Of a DNA stretch of 64,000 bases, positions 39,801 through 54,093 are shown piece after piece (position 1 is the stretch's first letter; each line of letters starts with the position of its first letter). The notes under the pieces are model-generated. The model was not told the origin of the DNA. It ran no database searches and saw nothing but the letters and a program-made list of their open reading frames with translations. This DNA is from Nageia nagi (lineage: Eukaryota > Plantae > Pinophyta): positions 33,914,001-33,978,000 of the forward strand of contig JBITNC010000002.1 of the NCBI GenBank assembly GCA_050084985.1, in the 5' to 3' direction. Both the position numbers and the translations under genes were made by a program.

Positions 39801-41610
39801 CTTTCTTATGAACTAATATAACTAGAGAAGAATATGGGCTTATGCTAGGTTGAATTACTCTTGCATCCAACAGTTCCTAAACTAATTTTTCAATTTCATT
39901 TTTTTGTAAACAAGGATATCGATAAGGATGAATGTTTGGTGGTTGACTTCCTAGCACCAACTAGATAGCATGATCATGAGATTGTTGGGGTGGTAAGCCT
40001 ATTGGTTCCTCAAAGGCATGTGCATGCTCTCTCAAGATGGTTTGTAGGTCCTTAGGCTCTGACTTCAAATTCGATGATTGCTAAAGAGGATAACTATGTC
40101 AACATTCCCTTCCCAATTTTTCGTATGATCTTTTCCATGTGATGGGAGCTCATAATTTGTGAAGGTCCAACCTATAATCCCCTAAGAGTATGCTCTTGTT
40201 TGGCTATCTTGAAGGTCATTCATAGCTCTACCAACTTCCATTGCATGATGCCCAAAGTCCTCAACCATTGCACCCCCAAAACTATATCACATCCCCCAAG
40301 TGGTAAAGCATACATGTCACTTTTCAAAGTATAGTGGCCCATGCTAAGTTTGACATGTGCCTTTACATGTTATTTTTCCCCCATTACCAACCATAACCTC
40401 AAAATTATTTGTAGGGTGGATGTAACAGTCAGCAGCCTTAGCCACCCATGGATCAATGAAATTATGAGTACTTCCTAAATCCAACAATATGATGAGAGTG
40501 TGCTTTTTAAAAAACCTTTTGACCTTCATAGTTTGTGGGGTAGTAATTCTTGCCAATGCACTATAAGAGATAACTAAGGCCTCCTCATCTGAAACTCTTT
40601 AGGTGCACTTTCATATTCCTCCTCACTAAGAGCATCAACATCAAGCAAATATAACTTTTATTGAGTACAATGATGACCATGAACAAATTTCTCATCACAA
40701 TTATAGCACAAACCCTTCTTTTGATGCTCTACCATTTCCTTCCATATCAACTTTTTAGTTTTCATTATGTAATTTGGAGGTGGGGCACTTGTGTTATTAG
40801 AGGAATGGGAATTATTACATGTATTTATGAATGGGGGCCTTACATTTCATAAATGAGCATTGGCCTTATCTTCAACAAGCTTTACCAAAGCAATAACATC
40901 CATCATAATTTTTGGATTAAACATTTTGACCTCTAGTTTAATTTCTTCCTTTAATCCATTGATAAAATAACTTATGAAAAATGTGTCATCTGACCCCTCT
41001 GTGTGATTTTCTAGTTTCTTAAATTGATTTTGGTATTCTTTGACTATTGTGATTTGACATAACTTGGTCAATTCCCTTATGAAATCTTCATAGTCACTAG
41101 GATCAAAATGTATCAATAATTGTTGAGTAAATTCATCCCATGAAGGAGCAGGATGAGTTTTTGAGTACCACTAGTACTATTGGAGAGCCTCATGGTTGAA
41201 ATGAAAAGTTACCATATGCACCTTCAAATATTTTGGAATTTGGTTCAATGTAAAATACTATCCAAACTTATAAATCCAACTAGTGGGATCATCTCCATCA
41301 AATCAAGGAAAACCTAATTTGGTTGTGCAAGGAAGAATGAAACCACCTTGTTGGCCCTAAAAGTTATGATGATACCCCTATGGATTTCCTGACTGTTATG
41401 AATTGGATACATTGTTGGTATGACTGATACTTAGTTGGACACTATCACACTTACTATTAATGGTTTGTATTTGGATCTATAGTTATCAGATTTCAACCAT
41501 GAATGTGTTGATAAGTGTATCTACCATTTGTTGGATCATAGTTTGAAATTTCATCATGGTAGGATCAACTTGTGTTGCTATTTGGGATCTTATTTTAGGT
41601 GCCATTTTTG
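36877..41610 (-). mobile_element. Reina-like Ty3/gypsy chromovirus, degenerate; 3'LTR present, 5'LTR missing
   Basis: Short 3'LTR 36877-37182 (TG..CA) preceded on minus by PPT AAGAGGGGTGGCA; chromodomain remnant (~37260-37310); integrase [18 protein letters not shown]; [19 protein letters not shown]; protease LLDLGSTHNF; gag ORF 40847-41116. Confidence 0.9.
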
Positions 41611-41639
41611 AAAATTGCTATTTTTAGAAAGTGCTTGAA

Positions 41640-43900
41640 AAAGTGTATGGGTGTAATATACCAAAATAATCAGCTCAAAAAGATGATTGCAATGGGATAG
41701 ATATCTCGATGATGATTTTTGGACTTCCAGACTCTTTTATAAGAAAAATTATAAGAAAAACCCTTGTATAGTTTGATTTATCTTGTCAGGGCTTGATCCA
41801 TTGAATTCTAGTTAAAGTATTATTTGTATTTTTGTCATATCTCCCTCATACAATGTCCATTTTGGATGAAATTTAGAGGGTAGGTAGTACAAATATGTTC
41901 CGTGAAACCCATAATTTGTTTAGTAGAATATGGATGTAAGAGAGAGAACCAATTCACTTGGATATGACTATAGATCTTCTCTAATTGAATTATAAAAAAG
42001 TATCAATGGTATTATCATTGTATCTTCCTCATACAATGTCCAATTTGGCTAAAATTTGAGGGTAGTTCATGGAAGGGTAGATCCTAAAAATCAAAAAATT
42101 GTTTAGCAAGTTATAGATAGAAGAATCAAAATAAATATTTTAATGTGATCCTTTGTTTCTAGATTGAAATCTTTAATCTTTGAAATTATTTGATAAGTTT
42201 TATCATATGGAATTGCTAGGTTTAATAAAGTAGATTAAGACCTCAAGAAAATTATGAATAAGTATTAGAAGGGATTATTAAATAAAACTTAATTATTTTT
42301 TAGGCATAATCATAGGATATGAATAAGATTAAAAGATGTATAGGAACAATGACATACATGAAGTCTTAGGGTTTATGTTGTAAGAAATAATTGTAAATAC
42401 GTAATCTAGATGAATGTCATATGAATATCATTATTATCATAAAAAATAATAAAACTTTAAGCATGTGAGTTCATGGGATGAACCAGGAATGCTTTCTTGA
42501 ATTGAATATAGATTTTAACGAGGAGAGTTAAAATCTAGGATCTTTGGAATAAATAAGGTTTAGAATGTGTGTATGATCTTAAGGGAATGTGTATGAAAAA
42601 CTATTAGGTGGAAATGATATCTGAAACTATTTAGAAAATAAGTTTAACCATTTCATATATTTTGAGTTGATTATGTGAACTAGGGTTTAGTGTGTGAATT
42701 AATCCTAGCTATTCATGATTAATTGAAAACTCGTCTTATTTAAGAATTAAGATGTAAGTATAGTTCTTGAATGTGAAAGGGGAATTTTATAAGGTATTAG
42801 AGAATATTAAGTACAAGAACTAAGAAGCCTAGGAATGCATGAAATGAAATTGAATTATTTTCTTAGGATGAAATCTAAACTTGGTTGTGTATAATATTAA
42901 GTCTATCAGTTTTTATGCACATAAATGGAATTATTCTTTAATTAAAGGATAAATGAATTATGTATGTGTATGATCTCTTTTAAGGTAAGGACTATGTATG
43001 CCTTGTGAAAAAATTTATATGGATTGCATGTATTCTAAAGTTACTAGAAAATGCAAATACTATGGAAATATAAGTGTGAGAAATTCATGTGATGTTTTTA
43101 GTTGTTCCTATTATGCATGAAAGGGATTGAATACACTTGAAGTTGAAATTGTATTCCTCTCCTATATTAATATTTCAAAATATACTTGTGTAAAATAGAA
43201 GATGCTAGTTGTAAATCCTATGTATGTAGAAAAGATTAAAGAAAATTTCATATGATGGAATTATGGATTCTTTTCCCTTGTTTGACCTGGATGGTAAAAT
43301 GTGTCTAGAAATTACTTTGCCTTGTGTGCATGAACATCTTTTAAAGTGTATGCACAAGTATAATGCATTAGGAAAAAGTTGTTATGATTTGATCATACCC
43401 ATAAGCTACTATGTTAAAAAAGCTTCGTGATTCGAGAAAAGCTTAAAGATCCCAAACAACTATGATGGAATCTTGAAAAAACTATGTTGTGATATTAGAC
43501 TTGATGAAAATTAAGTTATGATCTTGTTTAATTATACTTGCTAGTTACATAGGCATGATCAAAATTATATGTATATAGATGATAATAAATGTTTCTTACA
43601 CTCAGATTTGTTATAAAGATTATTGTATATTACCTTAAATTATTATTTGAGTAGGAGTAATGTTTTATATACAAGGAATGAATATGATTGTTATGGTTTA
43701 AAGTAAACCAAATATGATGTAATATATTAAGTTAATAAGATAGGGGAGATGAAAAATGGAACTAGGTGAATGGAAAAAGTTAGATAATACCTAGTATGAT
43801 ATCCTAGGTAAATGGTTAAACCAAGCTTAGTACTAAACTTTAGGAAGAATATAATGAGTACTTAGATGGAAATTAATAAGGACAAGGAATGATCAAATTG
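41640..43900. repeat. AT-rich non-coding repeat-derived region (possible long LTR/UTR) with a ~183-bp spaced internal repeat
   Basis: TATCT(C/T)CCTCATACAATGTCCA..TTGG..AAATTT..AGGGTAG at ~41838 and ~42021. No coding signal. Confidence 0.35.
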
Positions 43901-44149
43901 GTATAATTCAATATGTTCTTAGCATGCGCATGACTTCAAGAAGAGAATAAGGATTATCGAGTAGGAAAATCAAGATATTCTTAAGATGAATCACGAGGGA
44001 CTCAAAAGTACTTAAATTGCTATACTTGTTTGAAGGCTTTGATCTGGGTAGGTTAGGCACCTTTAAAATAAGATGGATTATTTCAAGATGAGAAGAGAAT
44101 ATCAAGTTGATAGAATATAATTGAGAGTACAAGGAGTATTCCCCCAATG

Positions 44150-47100
44150 GTTAAGCAGATTTCGTAAGTGTTGCACTTCCACGTTCACTTTTTCAACTTG
44201 AACCATAATCTATCAGGAATCAAAAAATACAAAGTAGTTATCAACAAGAGAGAAAGAGTTTGAAGCCTATTGTGTCCCAAAGATAATATTGTTTCTAATT
44301 TTTCATAGATGATGGAGAATACTATTTTGGAAAATATGCCAAACTTCACCGAGAGGTTCTGAAAACATAATAGAATCTCCTAGCATAGCATGAACCCAAA
44401 TAACATGAGAAGTAAGGAAAGGATTAAAAAAAGAGATAACCTGATCCTAGGCTTCATGAGCTTTAGGAAAAGGTCAAAATACATGAATAAAATCTTCCAA
44501 TTATAAATAAAAAGCACAAGTCAAGTTAAGCACACCCATATACACTCGACGATGGCCAATAGGAAGTCCTTGATGAAGTAGACTCTAAGCAAAGAACTTT
44601 TTCTTAGGTTCTAAATACTTAGCCCATACGACATTAAACCTAAGATACCATCATGACTAAGAAGACACCAAATCCCATTGCAATTTTAAAGTATCAACCA
44701 TGGGAACATTAGGGGAAAGCCAAGTATATCTAAGATGAGGCTTCTATTTCAAAAATTAACATTATTAGGCCAAGACCAATCAAACCACCAAGGTTTATAA
44801 AACTGCTTGCCAATCTAAGACCAAATAGAGAAAGGAGTACGATCAATCACAACATAAAAAGTGGTTTTATCATTCACCTTTAGATCATAACATCTTCTGA
44901 AAATTTCCTAGGAGAACCAACTCTTGGTGTGAGTATCAAAAAAATCAAAAAGAGAATTAATTCCCTTTTTTATGAAATCTTAACGCTCGAATCCATTAAA
45001 TTTTAGCCAAAGGAAGACCTTCAATGCGAATCATAGGAGACCATTATAAATTAATTGTATAAATTGAGGCCCCTGCAAACTTATTATGAAGTTACCATGA
45101 AATCCAAGGCTTAAAGGCTTCCCAAGATTTCCAAATACTCTTGATAATAGAAGAGCCAATAATTTTGATCAAAATAATAACTGTAAGAATTATCTACAGA
45201 GACATGCCTTTCCAAACTTTTTACCAAAGGGAAGACTTGATACCAAACAATAATAAATAAGAATTTTCAAGGCTTCCTCTCTAGGTAAGGCTCTTAAAAT
45301 CCACTTTGCATAGAGAGAATACCCTTGGCTTTAATAGTTAAATAGCCTGCTACCCCCAATAGCTTGAGGAAGATAAAACATAATCTAAGCCACTCTCTGA
45401 AAACCTTTCTTATAAACTTCAGAGGCCCAAATAAAATCCTAGAGAAGCTTATCAAGTTTCTGATAATAAGTTTTGGAAAGGACCCAACAAGAAGAATAGT
45501 AGACATGGGTAGAAACTGACACATTAGGAACAAATTTGAAACTTCCCAACCAAAAATAACTTCTTACTCACCTGATAACTAAGCCTTTTCAACTTTTTGT
45601 ACTACAAAATTCCAAAGCTAAGTAAGAAAAGCTTGGAAGGAAAAAGAAATGGCTATAAATTTGAACATCTCACCATTTGGAATCCAATTCCAAGGAAAAT
45701 GAGCAAGCCAATCAAGAAGTGTATGAACAAAATGCCTATAGCAGGAGGTTTTCTAACATTGAATACTATAACCTAAAGCTAAGTAGGAAGCATCAAGTCA
45801 TTTGAGGGTATTCGTAATAGACCACTCATCTTCTCTAACAGTGAGAAAGGAATAATTAGCAAAATGATCATTTAATAGCTGAACTTGAGATTTAGGAAGG
45901 GAAATCCCCTTAAGAAGCTCAATGAGCAAGAATATAAATAAAGGCTTCAACAATAAGAATGAATAAAGAGGGGGCTATAGGAAATCCTTGATGAATAAAT
46001 TAAGCTAAAGCAACATACGCAAATTGGGTCCCATTCATAGTAAGAACTGGAGATGCATATTTGAAAAGCATATGAACAAATTGTAAGAAAATAGGACCAA
46101 ATCCTAAGGCTTCCAACATATTAATAATGAAATTCCATTCAATCCTATCATATGCTTTCTAAAAATCAATTTTAATAAATAAAGCATACTAATAAGAGGA
46201 GCGAGCCCATTCCATGCCTTCCTAGACTACAATTACATTATCTAAAATATATCTTCCTATAACAAAACTAGTCTACTGATCAAGATGAATAATCAAGGGA
46301 AGTAAAGATTGTAGCTTAAGAGCAAGACCCTTGGCTATAATTTTGTAGCTCACATTTAATAGAGTGATGGGATGCTAATTTGTAATCACTTCAAGATCTC
46401 TAGGATTAGAGATAAACTTAATATTGCCTTTAGTAAGCATCAAGAGTAAAGAACATGAGAACAATGCTTCTTTATAAACTTGGAGCAAATCGATATTGAC
46501 CATATCCCAATTTTTTTAAAAAAAAATTATAGGGTAAGCCATCAATTCTAGGAGCTTTATCATTGGCCATTTGAGAAAGGATAACTTTTGAATCCTCTAA
46601 AGAAAGGGAAGCATCACAAAAGTCCCTCTGAGTTATAGAAAGCTTTTGAGGTATGATAAAATTACACTCTACAATAGCAACTACTCTTTTAGGGGTTAAA
46701 GGCTTAACAACAAAAACTAACTAATAATGCTTGATAAAAACCTCCATAGTCTCTAGTAAGTTGGTGAAATAGACCCCATCAGATTGAATGGCTTTGAACT
46801 AAGTTGCATGAATAGGGGGCATAAGATGTTGGAAAAAATCTTTTGTAAATTTATCCCCCACTTTAAGCCATATGATTTGGGATCAAAGCTAGGCACCTCT
46901 AGCATCATACAATTCAACTTTCTTGATCTCATGTTAAAGAGCAGCAACATAGGCTTGGGTTAGCTGACTGAAGGGATTAGCCTATAGGTCCCAATTAACC
47001 TGAGTAAGCTCTTCCTGAATAACCAAATTAGATCTTCTCTGTCTCTTAGCAAACTCTACCCCTAATGTGCACAACACCTTAGTAGTGCAAATTATCACTT

Positions 47101-48910
47101 GATTCTACCATTGAATCCATCTAAAATATCCTAAGGGCCTGGGAAGAAGATTCCATATCCTATAAATGTGAGTTTTCATTGTAGAGGATTACAAAAAGGA
47201 AGTGCTTAGGTAAAATGGTGAGGGAAAATTATGAGTGGGAGCTTGAGAGAAAGTAATTGAAAAGAAGATTGAAGAGTTATCAGAAGGAGAAGTACCAAGA
47301 ACAATAAAAATAAAGGGAAAAGTAGATGAAAACCTTTGAAAACAAAAGAAGTCACACTCTTAAATTATGGCTCTATCAAGATGTTTGAGGATACAAGCTT
47401 CATTAGCTTTTAAATTCGATCAGGTAAACCACTGAGATTTAGGAAAGTAAACAAGGGAAAAGGTCTAATTAGGGTCGAAAAGGCTAAGCTTGTTTTTCAA
47501 AGAAAAACCATGCTTTCCACTCGCCCAAATTCCATCTCATAGTAATTTTACTTACTTTTCTGAATACTTTTTAACTGTATCAAAATCCCCACACAAAAAC
47601 AAGGTGGTAAGAGGTAGAGAAAAGGCGAGCCAACAAGATAATTCTTTTCTCTCTTGGGAATCATTGGAAGCATAAATATTGACAATACCAAAGTGTTTGC
47701 TAAAAATCTCGAGGACCTAAATGACTTGATTAGAAGGTTCAAATCCTCAAGAAATAATATTACATTACCATATAGGAGAAATGAAAATAATTGCTCCCTC
47801 CATACCAAAAGCATGATTGGTATGAAAGAAAGGGCCCATCTATTAAAGAAACTGACCAATGCACTATAGAATAAAATCAACTATTTTGACTTCTTACAAA
47901 TAAAAAAAATCCAACATACCATGAGAATGAGTGATATCATCAAGCTCATCTTGAACTGTATATTTATGGGTTGGATCCGTCAACCCTCTCACATTCCATG
48001 AAAAAACGCATTGAGGAATGTCAAGGATTTGAATACCCATGGCAACCTCAACATCTGCCAACACATTCAGGGACTTGAATAAGTTACTATTGCTTTACGT
48101 TATATCTAAAGAAAAACTAACTTATCGATGTTTCTCCATAGGTTCATGATGATTATCCCTATGCGGGCTTCTAGACTGATGGAGTTTTAAGGAAAGTTCC
48201 TCCACACTAGAATTAGGGGGCATTTCCACTATTGAGACATAAGAGGGACCAAACCAAATGGATTTCATAAAAGGATCACTATTAGCACTCAAAACTGTAG
48301 TGGTAACCATGGATGGCTGAATGACAGGGTCAACCCTAGCAGGTTGCATATTATCTTGGTTAACAACAACGACTTAGGGTATGTGACCAACATTAGCTTG
48401 TTGAACATTTTGGGCATTTACCAAACTCTAATTATGTCAGTTATGGATAGGAGTCCATTCATCTTCCCCGTTCTTTCTCATAGTAGAAAGAGTAGAGGAG
48501 GAAGGTGGGTTAACGGTGACATGTTTCTCCTTAAACCTACCAACCATGAGAGGGAAGTCACAAATCTTGTGGTCCAAATATTGGTAATGGTAGAAAGTAT
48601 TTGGGATTCCAATAAACTACACTCGTTGATGGAGGCCTTCATCATTAATATTGAGTAAGGTTTATTTCAATGTAAATCCTTATGGAGGGTCAAGTTAAAG
48701 AGAATTGTTTAGGTTCATAACATACAAACTTCCCAAGACTTTCAAATAAGGATTTTAAAAAATGCCACATGGGAATAGGAAGGCTAGGAAATTCAACACA
48801 AATAGGAACATTAGTTGCATCTTTATTTTACATAGAAATATAAGCATTGTAAGGTTGTAAAACTAACAAGGAGTTATGGATAGTCTAAGGGCCTTTGTTA
48901 AGCACCTTTT
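44150..48910 (-). mobile_element. Degenerate near full-length L1 LINE (ORF1 DUF4283-like plus ORF2)
   Basis: ORF1 VLNKGP*...LLVLQPY...VPICVEFPSLP (~48780-48905); endonuclease FSWNVRGL (~47990); RT HPITLLNVSYKIIAKGLALKL, FVIGRYILDNVIV, LLKIDF*KAYDRIEWNF. Confidence 0.88.
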
Positions 48911-51756
48911 GGAGTACGCACAAATAATCAACCTATTACATTTCTTAAAAGGTGAGTGTGCATTATATCATGTGATTCAAAAAGGTAGTATGCACATTTT
49001 ATTTTCTTCTACCTAATAATTCAATTTGAGATAAACATGCAATGCTTATTTTCTTTTATCATAGAATCAAATTAAAAGAGGAGTAATGCACAACACTTCT
49101 ATTTATTTCTAACATACAAATAAAGGATAAGCATGCATAAGCTCCTAATTTTTGCTATATTTATCATTAAAAAAAATAAAAAACAATTATCTTCTTCCAC
49201 TAAGGAATTAATTTTGAGCATAAAGGAATGTTATCATACTTAGCTATGTTATTAGTTTATAACCTAACTTGAATAGGGTTCATTCTAATATGAATGATTA
49301 ATTGAATCCATCTTATAAACTAAGTTATGATTACATTGCCACACACATACATTTACATTTAAGAAAATCATTCCATTATTTATATAGTAAAAAAGATGCT
49401 CAACTATCATCATGAAGAGAATGCAAGATTTACATGAAAAACCCTCTAAGAGGGGAAAACTAAGAGGTATTATAATTACCATAAATGAATAGTACAAATA
49501 AAGTATTTCTTTTCATACATTTATTTCTCATTTTTTTATATTTGTAATAGCTATTTGTATCCAACAAGACATATATTATATCAACATTATTAATTTGTTA
49601 TATTGTTGTAATGCAACGTAGAAGGAATTGCACAATCCATGATACAATGACCCAAACTTTATCATTTAACTTGTTTATTATAAAACTTAATTATGTGGCT
49701 AGAGAAGATGCTAAAATACCTCAATATCATAATTCTATAAGACTTTACAACTTTATGCAACAACATTTAAACTTATGTAACACTATGAGTATCTAAGATT
49801 CATATTCTATATTTACCATACTCACATGTGTATACATATGTGTCCTGTTAGACTAATCAATCTAAATTTCAAATGATATCTTATGATTCATGTCCATAAG
49901 TTGTTACTCAACACTTAAATATCACGCAAAACTCTTATAACAAGCATGAAAACATATTGATGAAATATTCAACACAAACATAAATTTAATCAATTTTCAA
50001 TTTATTATTTTAAATATTTTTCTAATTTAAATGCTACTCAAAAATTTAACCTTAAGCAATAATACATATGGATTTTGAACAAGAGATTCTTCATTATAAA
50101 CTCCTATTTTCTTATTATATCTTATGAATTTTCTTGAAGTTTATTTAAGGATTAGCTTATACAAGTAATATAAATCTTAAATATTTCCAAGATAATTCAT
50201 TCACATGAAGGCTAGGAATTTTCAAAAAATCAACTCGTGTTAGAAAAGAAAGGAGCTTAAAAATGTAAGGATCTTGCTTATGAAATTTCAAGGTTTGTAA
50301 AGGTTAAGGTGATGCTCAATTCATGGCTTTACAACTCCAATTCATACATCAACATTTTGAATAGAGGTTAATGAGATATTATAGTTATCCCTAAAGATTT
50401 TTGACTAGGAAACTACATCCATAGATAATAATAGAAGTGACAAGGGATTAGATCCATAACATCTTATACTTGACCAAACACAACCAATCATTATTAATAC
50501 ATGGACAAGTGATTAGGAAATGGATTAACAATCACAATCCAAGTAATGATCATAAGTTTAAATTATCATAAATTTTATGTGAGTCCATTCATGTAGGGTA
50601 ATGCAATGCAAAGAAGGGACATTTGCCACTAAATACTATCCATAATGATATGGTTGAACTATCATAAATTTTATACCATACATGTTACTATCTACCAAAT
50701 TTAACGTATCCAAAAAAATCTTAACAATACTATTAGGTCCATGTTCAAACTATTTAAAGGAAAAATGTAGGCTACCAAAAAATAAGGAATATCCATGAAA
50801 TATGGCATACCAAGTACAAATATTTTATAATCCTTTATATTTATCATATTACAAGTAAGATTAAGTAAGATTGTTAACTTCTTACACTTCCATAGTTCAA
50901 AACCAACAATCAATACTCAAAAAATTACATTCTTTGTGGTATCTTTCTCCATTCTTTTCCTCTTTAGCTTGTTCTTAATCCTTTCTTTCCCATTATGTCC
51001 ATGCCATTTCGTGGCAATTTGCATGTAATGCATTCAATGTCCCTCATCACAATGTACAATTGCCAAGTAATTTTTCTCCAATCACCCTTACTTTCCCCCT
51101 CTCTTATGTGCTCATGAGCATAACATTCAAAGACATTCTTATCTTAGCAAGGGCATCACTTTAGGTTCCTCAATCCTCCCTCACTTCCATGTATGGAGTC
51201 TAGATGTTGCAAAATCCTAAACATTCCTTTTTCCCCATCCACATTTTTCATAATAATTTAATCAACATTATGTATGATAGCTAACAACTTATTAGTAAAT
51301 AAATTTGATAATAACATTAGCTTCTATGAGGCTTTTTATGCCAACATCAATTATCATATTGCTTGTGGTCAAGCCACATTTTCATTATTAATAACAACAT
51401 TATACACATATATCTATATGTGTAAATTAAACCTTGATGTTATGTGGAGAAGGTGATATAGTGTTTCATCTACAAGGTATGGTTTTATCATGACATGTAA
51501 TTGATTTAATTAATCAAAATACACAAAATTATCAAATACATGAATTTGAAAATGCAAGTATAAAACATTGCTTCAACATATGGAAGTAAGACAACTTATT
51601 TCATGTCAAGGCAAGTTCATGATGCAATTAAAAAATGTATCTGCATGCTTACAAATAGATACACATACATTCTGCATCAATTAAGTTTCACAACTGAAAT
51701 ATAACCAAGTTTTAATAAGTGCTAATCAAGATTTATATGATAAACAAATTCAAATA

Positions 51757-52431
51757 TGTAATATGGAAAATCTAACTTTAAGGCTACATTCTTAAGGTTT
51801 TAGGATATCTAAGTAGAAGTATGAATAATTTATACTAGTTGAATCAAGAGGAAATAAATATATTGAAGGTAGGGAAGGAAATAATAATATAAGTCATGGT
51901 AATGAGGATATGAGATGAAAATAGTTGCAAGTCACCTACATGAAAATGGGCAACATAAAGGTAGAAGAATTAGGGCCTTTTTATTTTGGGAAAGGTGCTT
52001 ACTTCATAGGTTTGAAAGGGTGTCTCTCTTGGGATAAAGTGGCATCTTGCTAGGATGGAGTATGCAAGTGGATGCACACAGGAGAAGAGAGGGAGATGTG
52101 TATGTAGAATATAAGGAGACCAAGTGGTTAGTCCATTTAGGAGAGGTGGGTAGGTGCCAAACCTCATTAATGTCTGAGATCAAGTGGGGGTTTTAGCCTC
52201 TTAAATGCATTTAAGAGGATTGAGGGATGTGCAACCTAGGTAAGTACCTAGGTGGGTAGTTGAAAGCTTAGGAGGACGCTAACCTAACATGGAGATTATA
52301 TAGAGGATCATGGGCTAGGTTACTATAGGTGAGAGGGTTTAACATACTAGGGATTAATTAGTAACAATCATACTTAATTAATGCTAAGGGATGATTTAGG
52401 AGATTTGGGTAAATTTTAGGTATTTATTACA
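51757..52431. mobile_element. Possible solo LTR
   Basis: TGTAATA...TATTACA inverted termini around 675 bp of G-rich LTR-like DNA. No clean TSD. Confidence 0.45.
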
Positions 52432-52675
52432 ATATCGATAATAAAGTCAAATAATGTAATAACTCAAGCTATATGATTGAAGAAGATTCCTACACTTATA
52501 GGAAAAGGAGAAAGAACCAATTGCTATTTATTTTGATAGTATAAATATAGTGAATTTAAGAGTAAATCTATTTTTTCAAAAAAATTATTTATATTATAGT
52601 AAAATCTCCATACATTTCAAAAGCTCGCAAATGAAAAGCAAATTGACTTAAAATTCTACAATGTTGAATATTAAA

Positions 52676-53724
52676 GGGAAACTTACCCAAATACCCCTCT
52701 AAGTTCATGAAATTACCAAAATGCAAATGCCCTTGAGTCTTTAAAGCTTACCAAAATACACTTATAAGTTCATGAAATTACCAAAATACTCTTCAATCTT
52801 TAAAAATTACCAAAATATCCTTCTAAGTTAATGAAAATTATCAAAATATCCTTATGTGCAGCTATGGGTTGAGTTGGTTACATGTGGACCTTACTGCATC
52901 TTGATTCCTATGTTCAATTCCTACCAGCCATGACATACATTGTACTCCCCATATGATTGTCCCATAGACCGCTCTTGGTCTCCAATGGACATTAATAAAA
53001 CTTTATTTCTTTATTGAAAAAATATTTTAATACTCTTATAAAAAATAAAATAATAAAAAATTTTTGTAAACTTTTAACACTTCATTTATTTTTTTTAATG
53101 TAAAATTTAATTAAATTTTTTAACTACATGAAATCTTAATTGGTAGAAGGTAGAAAGCCAATAATAATATTATTAAAATGATCAAATAAATTTATAAAAT
53201 ATTTTTTAAATGAAATAAATAAATATTCTTATATAAATTGAAATAAATATAATTTTTATACGAAGTGAAAATATTGGAGAGTTATGTTATTGTTTAAATT
53301 ATAAATAAATAAAATATATATTTTTTTAAATTACAATTCTTTAAAGAAATGTATGTTCATATGATAGGATGATCTTTAAATTCCATCAAAATGTAAGATG
53401 TAAATTTTATAATGAATTTTTATTACAATAAATGAAAAATATTCAAATTTCTAAATAATAAATAATAAATAAATAGAATGAAATATTGCAATCATTATTT
53501 TATTTTTCATAAAAATATAAAAATATTTTTTATTTTTTAATTCATATAATTTAAAGGTATTTTGGTGATTTTCATAAACTTATAAAAGTATTTTGATAGT
53601 TTTTGAAGATTAAAAAGTATTTTAGTAATTTCATAAACTTACAAATGTATGTTGATAATTTTTAAAGATTGAAAGATATTTTGATAATTTCATAAATTTA
53701 CAATAATATTTTTGTAAATTTCCC
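52676..53724. mobile_element. Non-autonomous Mutator-like (foldback) element with ~175-bp TIRs
   Basis: GGGAAACTTACCCAAATA... / ...TATTTTTGTAAATTTCCC. TIRs are built from ~28-bp subrepeats (AAATTACCAAAATA). Degenerate 9-bp TSD AATATTAAA/AATGATGAA. Confidence 0.75.
52857..52995 (+). mobile_element. tRNA-derived SINE-like sequence inside the MULE
   Basis: A-box-like TGGGTTGAGTTGG (~52865) and B-box-like GTTCAATTCC (~52912) at tRNA-like spacing. Confidence 0.5.
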
Positions 53725-53934
53725 AATGATGAAAATATTTACCAAGATAGTTGAAAGAAAATCATTTCTCGTTCTCCTATTTAAGTTTAAGATCTCTATT
53801 TATTTTAAAGGGGAAATACGTTGAGAATGAATCTAAATACAAAACTATTAAAAAAAGCTAGAAATCATCAAGAAGAAAAGTCGAAATTATCACATAACAC
53901 TTGGTGGTAATTTTATTTTCAATTTTGTGCGAAA

Positions 53935-53985
53935 TCTCGCGCCAAAACTCCATCTGATTGTGCTCAGACGTCCGTTCCCGCGCTA
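53935..53985 (+). promoter_or_regulatory. E2F-type sites in the RPA3 promoter
   Basis: GCGCCAAAA (TTTTGGCGC on minus) at 53939-47 and TTCCCGCGC at 53975-83, within a CpG-retaining island upstream of the ATG. Confidence 0.7.
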
Positions 53986-54071
53986 AAAACAGCTTCATTG
54001 TGGGCAGTTTGCAGTACTAAGCTTCATCTGAGAAAAAAAGAGGGTGAGGGTTTGAAGAAAAAAAAGGAAGC

Positions 54072-54084
54072 AGGGTTAGGGTTT
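54072..54084 (-). promoter_or_regulatory. Telo-box (AAACCCTAACCCT) in the RPA3 5'UTR
   Basis: AGGGTTAGGGTTT about 10 nt upstream of the ATG. Confidence 0.65.
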
Positions 54085-54093
54085 GAAGGGAAA

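Noticed and set aside
50100-51250. Possible MULE/FAR1 transposase remnant on minus
   Set aside because: Only a vague CxxC..GH pattern; cannot be supported.
53998-54093. N-terminal extension of RPA3
   Set aside because: TTG start in the 5'UTR; homology starts at MDTSSP.
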